Below, one piece after another: positions 26,881 through 32,850 of a stretch of DNA of 38,955 bases. This DNA comes from Candidatus Nomurabacteria bacterium RIFCSPLOWO2_12_FULL_44_11 (GTDB lineage: Bacteria > Patescibacteriota > Minisyncoccia > Phycocordibacterales > UBA9973): the NCBI GenBank assembly GCA_001787125.1, contig MFVU01000032.1, forward strand, positions 1 through 38,955, read 5' to 3'. The position numbers were made by a program, and so were the translations under genes. The notes beneath the pieces were generated by a model, which had not been told where the DNA came from, searched no databases, and saw only the letters and a list, made by a program, of their open reading frames with translations. Position 1 is the first letter of the stretch; each line of letters opens with the position of its first letter.

Positions 26881-27372
26881 TTATTTTTGCTGATGCTTCT
26901 TCACTACTTCCTTGATCAACTCCGACGAGCTACGAACTTTGCCGCCAGAACCAACATTGTAAATCATTTTGATCCCGAGTTTTTGATGAATTTCCCGCTC
27001 GCGATAAAGGGAGGAAGCTGGGTCAAGCGCATCAGCGATATCCCGATCGCCGCCATTGGCAAATATGTGTGGCCGAATTTCTTCGAGTCCCTGGCATACG
27101 CTCATGTCTGCCGGGTCCTCTTCGTGACTGCTTAAAATGACCCGATCTACCGTAGCAAAGGCCTCGATGATTTCTCTGCGCTCATGCTCGGGCATAAAGA
27201 TATAGCCCTTCTTTTTGCGTAGCCAATTATCATTATTGAGATAGACCACCAGTTCATCGCCGAGCTTTTTGGCTTCTTGGAACAGTCGTATGTGCCCGAT
27301 ATGCACCGGGTCAAATCCGCCACTGACCATGACTACCTTTTTCTCCTTTTTTAGATTGGCCTTTTTCTTCAT
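26881..27372 (-). CDS. cytidylyl/adenylyltransferase-family nucleotidyltransferase (HxGH)
   Basis: VMVSGGFDPVHIGHIRLFQEAKKLGD.. resembles RfaE domain II or glycerol-3-phosphate cytidylyltransferase. Confidence 0.75.
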   Translation of the reverse strand: MKKKANLKKEKKVVMVSGGFDPVHIGHIRLFQEAKKLGDELVVYLNNDNWLRKKKGYIFMPEHERREIIEAFATVDRVILSSHEEDPADMSVCQGLEEIRPHIFANGGDRDIADALDPASSLYREREIHQKLGIKMIYNVGSGGKVRSSSELIKEVVKKHQQK

Positions 27373-27415
27373 TTATTTTAATTAGATTATATCAAATCTG
27401 TGCTAAAATTGATAG

Positions 27416-27487
27416 ACCTGTCCCGTACTAAATTTTTGATTACGGGGTATAACGATAAACATTATTAGTTAAAATTTTAGTACTGGG
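27416..27487 (+). promoter_or_regulatory. structured 72-nt 5' leader (copy B) of the histidine-phosphatase gene
   Basis: 69/72 identical to the reverse complement of 13948..14019. Begins 6 nt after TGcTAAAAT (27401..27409) and ends at ..TACTGGG|ATG (27488). Confidence 0.75.
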
Positions 27488-28153
27488 ATGGCGACCAAAT
27501 TAATCTATTTCGTCCGGCACGGAGAGACGGAGTCTAATGCCCAAGGCATTCGGCAGGGACCAGAAGGACATTTAAGTGGGAAAGGGCGGGGCCAGGTGGC
27601 CGAAACAGCGAGAAGGTTCCCGAAGCATAAAGGTAAACCGCAAGTGATTATTGCGAGTCCTTATGAGCGGACTAAGGAAACGGCTGAAATCATCGGGCGA
27701 GAACTTGAAATGGATGTAGAATATTCTGACCTTTTGGTAGAGCGCAAAAATCCTTCGGAGATAATCGAGCGCAAGGGAGAAGACCGAGATGTGCGAAGTA
27801 TCGTAGATCGCATTGACAAAAGTTTCCATGAGGATAACTTGCGTTATTCTGACGAGGAAAATTTTATTGATCTAAAAGAAAGAGCCAGAGAGTTATTGGA
27901 TTACATCAAATCGAGGCCGGAAGAGCGCATCATCATGGTCACCCACGGAATATTTCTCCGAATGGTTGTATGTTACATGTTCTATAGCGACGCCCTCACC
28001 GCATCAGAATACAATAAGATAAGTTATTTTAATCCGATTGACAACGCCGGTATAGCCATAACTCAATATATCCCCCATTGGTTCAAAAAGGATGAATGGA
28101 GATTGATTGTCTGGAATGATAATTTGGTAGGCGAAGAAAAACCAGGGGGTTAG
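27488..28153 (+). CDS. histidine phosphatase family protein (phosphoglycerate-mutase-like)
   Basis: LIYFVRHGETESNAQG (RHG motif), ..SPYERTKETAE.., ..VTHGIFLRM. Confidence 0.85.
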   Translation: MATKLIYFVRHGETESNAQGIRQGPEGHLSGKGRGQVAETARRFPKHKGKPQVIIASPYERTKETAEIIGRELEMDVEYSDLLVERKNPSEIIERKGEDRDVRSIVDRIDKSFHEDNLRYSDEENFIDLKERARELLDYIKSRPEERIIMVTHGIFLRMVVCYMFYSDALTASEYNKISYFNPIDNAGIAITQYIPHWFKKDEWRLIVWNDNLVGEEKPGG

Positions 28154-28593
28154 CCCTGATGATGATTGCGCACTTTTTTCTCCAATTCCCCAAGCTTATT
28201 CTCAATGGAGTCCAGAGCATCCTTGATCTCTGAAATTGCGCTAACTTCGTTTTCCACTTCACTTTCCGTTTTTTGGGATAACCTTTTTTCGCCACGTAGA
28301 CCAGAAAGAATTAGCTCATTGCCGATAAAACTGGAGATAAAGGCCCCCGTGAAATACAAAATGATTCCGCCGACTAGGAGTGAGGCCGGCCCGTCCCACC
28401 AGGGGGTACTTACCGCATCAATGGTCAGATTATTTCCGTTGAGATTGAAATATTCATGGATTTGATCGGCACTATGCCAGATGCCTCGCCAAAACAAAAC
28501 GACGCCTGCCCCTACAACGAGCGCATACAACTTCGGCCGGTGGCTTAAATATGACGTAATTCTTTGTTCCAATTTAGATAATCCGCTTCGCAT
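28150..28593 (-). CDS. hypothetical 2-3 TM membrane protein with C-terminal coiled coil, 7 nt downstream of the RT gene
   Basis: 147 aa with hydrophobic segments LYALVVGAGVVLFW and LLVGGIILYFTGAFISSFIG. The start lies 7 nt after the RT stop on the same strand. Confidence 0.6.
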   Translation of the reverse strand: MRSGLSKLEQRITSYLSHRPKLYALVVGAGVVLFWRGIWHSADQIHEYFNLNGNNLTIDAVSTPWWDGPASLLVGGIILYFTGAFISSFIGNELILSGLRGEKRLSQKTESEVENEVSAISEIKDALDSIENKLGELEKKVRNHHQG

Positions 28594-28600
28594 CCTTTGA

Positions 28601-29596
28601 TTATATCATGATTCTTAATTTATATGCATTGCCGTGTTTCAATAAACCTAAATATGATTGTTTCGATTCTTTTTTAGGATTTTCCCTAATTCGTTTCAGC
28701 ATTTTCCTTTTTGTTGAAGTTCTTAAAACTCTATGACGCGGAAAATGCACCCAACCCAGGAAGTCTACCCCGGAAGCAAGAGTTTTAATAAAGACCTTAT
28801 CAGGATGCAGGTATATATTTAAATAGCTATTTAAATAAGTATTAATTTTTGGTAACAAATTTTCTAAATATCCTTTATCTTCATTTAAAATCACAAAATC
28901 GTCAGCGTATCTGATGTAATATTTCACTTTTAGTTCCCTTTTCATAAACTGGTCAAATTCATTCATATAAACATTTACCAGAAGCTGGGAAGTTAAATTG
29001 CCTAATGGTAATCCTTTGTTAATCCTCTCTGCGATAGCAGAGTTACTTAACATTGTAGAAAAGCTGTCTATCACCTGTCCTAGGAGCCAGAGAGTGTCGG
29101 TGTCAAGGTTGAACCTTGACAATATCTTCTTTAAAACCTGACGATTGATGTTTGCAAAGAATTTTTTGATATCGCATTTTAAAATCCAGCAAGTGCGAGT
29201 GTTATTTTTGGAAACCTTGCGAAACATTTGCCGAAACCTGTTTATGGCCTTATGTGTTCCCTTCTCGACTCGGCAGGAGTATGAGTCATGAATGAATTTT
29301 GAATCGAAATATTCATATAGTTCTTGATATATCAAATGATGCAACAATCTGTCCCTGACAGTTGCCTTGTGTATCTGCCTGGGTTTAGGGTCCGAAATAT
29401 TGAAGGCAATATACTCCCCATGCTTGTAGGTCTTATTTTTTAGGTCGTTGTGTAAATCAAATATATTGTCCATCAACTTTGCTTGAAATAAAATCACATC
29501 TTTTCTGTTCCTTTTATCACGCAAAAATTCCTGCCAGGCCAACAGCAGTTTTTCTATGGTTATGATATTATCGTAAGTATGAATAAATTGTCTCAT
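28601..29596 (-). CDS. DGR-type reverse transcriptase
   Basis: 331 aa, RT domain only (no maturase, endonuclease or RNase H region). Contains ..DPKPRQIHKATVRDRLLHHL.., the LPLGNLTSQ motif ([I/L]GxxxSQ, typical of DGR RTs), the catalytic YADD in IRYADDFVIL, and GVDFLGW. Confidence 0.9.
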   Translation of the reverse strand: MRQFIHTYDNIITIEKLLLAWQEFLRDKRNRKDVILFQAKLMDNIFDLHNDLKNKTYKHGEYIAFNISDPKPRQIHKATVRDRLLHHLIYQELYEYFDSKFIHDSYSCRVEKGTHKAINRFRQMFRKVSKNNTRTCWILKCDIKKFFANINRQVLKKILSRFNLDTDTLWLLGQVIDSFSTMLSNSAIAERINKGLPLGNLTSQLLVNVYMNEFDQFMKRELKVKYYIRYADDFVILNEDKGYLENLLPKINTYLNSYLNIYLHPDKVFIKTLASGVDFLGWVHFPRHRVLRTSTKRKMLKRIRENPKKESKQSYLGLLKHGNAYKLRIMI

Positions 29597-29966
29597 ATCG
29601 TTTTACCCCCCCCCAGCGCCGACGGCGCTTCTAAAAGCAAAAACGGCCTACACTCTTTGGTTTAAAGTATATAATGATTTCCCTAAAGCGCATCGTTACG
29701 TATTGGGTGGAAAAATTGAGGACTACTTTCTGGGTCTTTTAGAAAATATTTTCATTTCAATTTATCTACCTCCAGAAACAAAAGTTTCTCGCCTCACCAT
29801 AGCAATATCAAAATTGGATGGCATAAAATTCTTTTTACAAATAGCTTGGGAAAACAAATGCATCCCGAATGAAAAGTATTCTACCCTTTCCGAACACTTG
29901 CAAGAAATCGGCAGAATGCTCGGTGGCTGGAAAAAAGGACTTGAAAAGAAAACTCCTCGGCCGTGA
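29579..29966 (+). pseudogene. Avd-like four-helix-bundle protein gene, frame-interrupted at a C9 tract (opposite strand to RT/TR)
   Basis: Track ORF 29703..29966 (..KLDGIKFFLQIAWENKCIPNEKYSTLSEHLQEIGRMLGGWKKGL) matches the four-helix-bundle (23S-rRNA-IVS/Avd-related) family but lacks its N-terminus. The upstream in-frame sequence (..LLKAKTAYTLWFKVYNDFPKAHRYVLGGKIEDYF) continues the homology without a start codon. An ATG at 29579, 7 nt after TGaTATTAT (29563..29571), is in frame only if the C9 run (29606..29614) were C8 or C11. That change would give a 128-aa protein. Confidence 0.6.
29606..29614. repeat. C9/G9 homopolymer at the avd-like/RT junction
   Basis: Nine consecutive C on the + strand. 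On the minus strand the G9 ends 9 nt upstream of the RT ATG (GGGGGGGGGTAAAACGATATG). It is flanked by the hairpin AGCGCC-gac-GGCGCT (29615..29629). Confidence 0.9.
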
Positions 29967-29990
29967 GGTAGAGGAGAAAAACAAGAGTTT

Positions 29991-30097
29991 CGAGAGAACA
30001 CCCGATTGTCGGCGTTCCACGTGTTCGGGTTCTCGACGGAGTTGGCATTGACGTTCCAACCGCCGTCGTTCCAGTTCACGTTCACGGCACGGAGAAC
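29991..30097 (-). repeat. DGR template repeat (TR)
   Basis: 107 nt. The sense (minus) strand encodes VLRAVNVNWNDGGWNVNANSVENPNTWNADNRVFSR with ten AAY codons and 24 adenines in total. It aligns without gaps to 30496..30602. Confidence 0.9.
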
Positions 30098-30392
30098 CAG
30101 TGTTATCGTACATAAGATCATCTGTATCACTGCCGACCCAAGCACAAACTAAATGTCAGGGATCGTGCTGTATTTTATTTTGGACTTAGAAGTCCACCAA
30201 TATTATGCACCAATTCTTGTTATTTTTTGAAAAAACTTTTTATACTCTTGCGTAAGGCAAAAAGAAAACAGCCCAACGCAACTCTCACAAAAAATTTCTT
30301 AAGACCATGACGCGAAAGCCGTAACCGTCGCGTAGCACATGATTTCAAAAACATTGTATCAAATTACAAAATTAAATGAAGTAAAAATAGAA

Positions 30393-30424
30393 GACACCCG
30401 GCCCGCCGAAGCGAACCGAGTGTC
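30393..30424 (-). terminator. intrinsic terminator of the DGR target gene (14-bp stem, UUCG loop, U-rich tail)
   Basis: Minus-strand RNA GACACUCGGUUCGC-UUCG-GCGGGCCGGGUGUC followed by UUCUAUUUUUACUUCAUUU, 23 nt after the stop codon. Three pairs are G.U on the minus strand and C/A mismatches on the plus strand. Confidence 0.65.
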
Positions 30425-30446
30425 CAAGAGTCCCAGAACCCAAGGG

Positions 30447-31151
30447 TCAGCTTGCGGCTGATTCCTGAGGCACTGAGGATACGAGCGATGAATTGCGAGA
30501 GAACACCCGATCGTCGGCGCTCCACGTGAGCGGGCTCTCGACGGAGAGGGCATTGACGTACCAACCGCCGTCGTACCAGTGCACGAGCACGGCACGGAGA
30601 ACGCCGTTCTGGTCGCGAACGTAGAAGATGTTCGCGCGCCCGTCGTGGAGCAAGACGCCCTCTCCGCCGTTCGGCTGAGCCGCCATCATGGCGAAGACGT
30701 CGGTGAGAGCGACTTCCGTCTTACCCTCGCCGATCGCATCGAGGATCGGCTTGTCGACCGAGCGCTTGGTGAGTCGGGAGTAGCGGAGCTCGGTCGCGCG
30801 CCCGGGTTCTTCGATCTTGCCGAGCACCCACGCCCGGAAGTTGTCGCCGAGGTAGCTGATCTTCACCGGTGCCCTGCGGCTGGTGTCGACCACGAACTTC
30901 TCGGAAGCAACGAAGGCCCAGGTGTTCATCGGCGCGATGTAGGTACCGACGAGCTCGAGGAGAGGCGTCGGAGCGGGCGTCGCGACGGGTTCCTCGACAA
31001 CCAACGAAGCGTACATGGTCTCTGCCATGCGGTTACGCTTCGAGTTGACGATCTGTTGCACAAGAGCGGCACTGAAGCCGGCCTTGTCGAGGACCAATGC
31101 AAATTCATGCATCGCTCCACAGCTCATGTCACACACGCGGTCTGCGCTCAT
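30447..31151 (-). CDS. DGR variable (target) protein, 234 aa, VR at C-terminus
   Basis: AGGAG 8 nt upstream of the ATG. The C-terminus ..VLRAVLVHWYDGGWYVNALSVESPLTWSADDRVFSRNSSLVSS.. is the diversified copy of the TR-encoded peptide. No signal peptide or TM helix. The N-terminal ~175 aa has no family that I recognise. Confidence 0.85.
   Translation of the reverse strand: MSADRVCDMSCGAMHEFALVLDKAGFSAALVQQIVNSKRNRMAETMYASLVVEEPVATPAPTPLLELVGTYIAPMNTWAFVASEKFVVDTSRRAPVKISYLGDNFRAWVLGKIEEPGRATELRYSRLTKRSVDKPILDAIGEGKTEVALTDVFAMMAAQPNGGEGVLLHDGRANIFYVRDQNGVLRAVLVHWYDGGWYVNALSVESPLTWSADDRVFSRNSSLVSSVPQESAAS
30496..30602 (-). repeat. DGR variable repeat (VR)
   Basis: 95/107 identical to the TR. 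The 12 differences correspond to TR + strand T (sense-strand A) at 30007, 30015, 30024, 30025, 30030, 30042, 30043, 30055, 30070, 30076, 30081 and 30082. Confidence 0.9.
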
Positions 31152-31352
31152 GACTGGTCTCCTTTCGGGAGATGCTAGAGGACGACGACTGTCGCCATAG
31201 CTTTTAATTTACAAGATTTTATAAGCTAAAAGCTATGGCAAATCTAGTATTTTCTCGCAGTTTATAAAAGAACCTATATATCCTTATATTATACACCCAA
31301 CAGGCATTTTTGTCAATGTTTTGCTTTTTATTATTTATGGTATATTAGATGT

Positions 31353-31571
31353 ATGAAGAAATTTAATTTACAAAACATTGTTTGGAAAGAAGGGAAATAT
31401 TATGTTTCTCAGTGTTTGAATGTTGATATTTCAAGCTTTGGTAAAACCAGAAATGAATCGCTAAAGAATTTAAGCGAAGCTTTGGATCTTTACTTTGAGG
31501 ACTCTAAAATTCAAAAAATACAAGAGGTGAAAGGTGCGCAACTTGTCCCTTTTGTGTTTAACTATGCCTAA
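31353..31571 (+). CDS. hicB: HicB-like antitoxin
   Basis: 72 aa. NIVWKEGKYYVSQCLNVDISSFGKTRNESLKNLSEALDLYFED. ATG lies 6 nt after TGgTATATT (31338..31346). Confidence 0.7.
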   Translation: MKKFNLQNIVWKEGKYYVSQCLNVDISSFGKTRNESLKNLSEALDLYFEDSKIQKIQEVKGAQLVPFVFNYA

Positions 31572-31779
31572 ACTTTTATCTTCTACGCAAGTAGTAAAAG
31601 TTTTAGAAAATAACGGTTTCGTGTTCATTTCTCAAAAAGGTAGTCATGTAAAATTTAGAAAACTGGGAATAAAGAAGCGAACTGTCATTGTCCCAGCGGG
31701 CAGAAAAGAAATTCCTATGGGTACTCTTCATTCAATAATGCGACAAGCTTCTCTAACAAAAGAGGACTTCGGAATTTAA
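31564..31779 (+). CDS. hicA: HicA-family toxin
   Basis: MPKLLSSTQVVKVLENNGFVFISQKGSHVKFRK..TVIVPAGRKEIPMGTLHSIMRQASL. Start trimmed to 31564, overlapping the hicB stop by 8 nt. Confidence 0.8.
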   Translation: MPKLLSSTQVVKVLENNGFVFISQKGSHVKFRKLGIKKRTVIVPAGRKEIPMGTLHSIMRQASLTKEDFGI

Positions 31780-31782
31780 GTT

Positions 31783-32832
31783 TTAAAAATTACTATAGTA
31801 CGATTTTGCTGTTGAAGTGCAGATATTTTTGCCCTCCCCGGAGAGGACATCGCAGAATTCAAGAGCTTCTTTGTCGGAGTGATAGTAGGAAATAATTTCT
31901 TTCACTGCGCCTACGACGCAGTTGTTAAAATCGTTGGAATCTTTAGTGATGGAGCAGAGCTCTTTAGTCCGGTTTTTTTCATGCATGGCCTGGTTGGCCA
32001 CATCCCGACCCATGCTTTGGTTACAAATATCTCGGTATGGTGTTTCCACGGTGGTACACAAATCAAAAACTTTCTTATAATCATAGCTCGTCACTTGTAG
32101 CGCATAGGATGTCTGGCCTAAGTAGCATTGACCTTTATACCTTACTTCCACTGCGGTACAGGGATACAAGGGTTCTTCGGGTTTTAAATACTTGACCACC
32201 CCGCCGGTATCGGAGACATTGGTGCTATCAATAATATTTTGCATAAAGACCCCGCTATAACAGGACTGTCGTTCCCAGTCCCCCGTCAGATTGTCACACA
32301 TGACAAGCGCATGGAAAATTTCGCCTTCGTAGTAGGCTTCTACTCCGTGCCCCAGCCCATGCACGCAGTTATAATAATCAAAATTATAACTTTCCCGTCC
32401 GGGAATTTGTGAGCAAATATCGTTTAGCCCTTTGGATAAATCCGTGAGGCCGATTTTTTTGACCATGCCTTCCATCACCCCGTGATAATACCCGCTCCAG
32501 CAAAAAGCATCTCCTGCATTGAATGCCTCGGTTATTGTTTTAAATTCATTTGCGGCCTCGCGTCCGATTACGTGCACCAAGGGGTGGCATTGCGCGAGGA
32601 CCTGGCCATCCTCCGTCGAGATCCTTTTTACGTCGGCTACTGCTACCTTGGTTCCAAAATCCCGGACAAGATTTTTATAGTATTCCGAAAAACAATCATA
32701 GGGTGAGGCCAGGTCTTTACACGCTGCGTTATCATAGGTATAAGAGGGCTTTTGTTGGTCGATATACCAGAAACCTGCCCCGCCCAGAAGCAATACAGCC
32801 ACCAAAATTTTTAACACTAGGCCCGATTTCAT
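31783..32832 (-). CDS. membrane-anchored/secreted Cys-rich repeat protein, unknown function
   Basis: N-terminal anchor LVLKILVAVLLLGGAGFW. Recurring C-x3-(H/G)-x-(I/L/V)G-type units (QCHPLVHVIGREA, FCWSGYYHGVMEGM, NCVHGLGHGVEAY, SCYSGVFMQNI, QCYLGQTSYAL, ICNQSMGRDVANQA, NCVVGAVKEIISYY). Confidence 0.65.
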   Translation of the reverse strand: MKSGLVLKILVAVLLLGGAGFWYIDQQKPSYTYDNAACKDLASPYDCFSEYYKNLVRDFGTKVAVADVKRISTEDGQVLAQCHPLVHVIGREAANEFKTITEAFNAGDAFCWSGYYHGVMEGMVKKIGLTDLSKGLNDICSQIPGRESYNFDYYNCVHGLGHGVEAYYEGEIFHALVMCDNLTGDWERQSCYSGVFMQNIIDSTNVSDTGGVVKYLKPEEPLYPCTAVEVRYKGQCYLGQTSYALQVTSYDYKKVFDLCTTVETPYRDICNQSMGRDVANQAMHEKNRTKELCSITKDSNDFNNCVVGAVKEIISYYHSDKEALEFCDVLSGEGKNICTSTAKSYYSNF

Positions 32833-32850
32833 GTTTTCTTAAAAATATAT

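Larger units (their letters stand above)
28601..31151 (-). mobile_element. diversity-generating retroelement (DGR) cassette: target(VR) - terminator - TR - [avd-like, opposite strand] - RT
   Basis: RT with DGR hallmarks, plus a 107-nt TR/VR pair whose 12 differences are all at TR adenines. See the component features. Confidence 0.9.

Noticed and set aside
13948-27487. The 72-nt inverted copies as terminal inverted repeats of a 13.5-kb composite transposon, or as MITEs or CRISPR-like repeats
   Set aside because: The interval contains core genes (dnaE, pth, lepB, hisS, def, fmt, hpf) and no transposase. Each copy abuts a start codon in the same sense orientation and starts 6 nt after its own non-homologous -10 box. 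There are no target-site duplications or spacer periodicity. A transcribed-leader function fits better.
28601-29596. The RT as a group II intron maturase or a retron RT
   Set aside because: The protein is only 331 aa, with no X/maturase or En domain, and no intron domain V/VI-like RNA or msr/msd-type repeats are nearby. It carries the LGxxxSQ motif and sits beside an A-mutagenised TR/VR pair, so it is a DGR RT.
29762-30145. 127-aa minus-strand ORF containing the TR (..VLRAVNVNWNDGGWNVNANSVENPNTWNADNRVFSRNS..), possibly a second target gene
   Set aside because: Homology to the target is limited to the 107-nt repeat. The Asn (AAY)-saturated sequence is what an unmutated template looks like. 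The rest of the ORF overlaps the avd-like gene in antisense and has no start context, so it is treated as non-coding TR.
30579-31178. 199-aa + strand ORF (and 30359..30595, 30364..30564, 30926..31120, 31015..31200) in the DGR target region
   Set aside because: Long stop-free antisense frames are expected in ~65% G+C DNA. The minus-strand ORF has an AGGAG ribosome-binding site, a terminator and the VR in frame.
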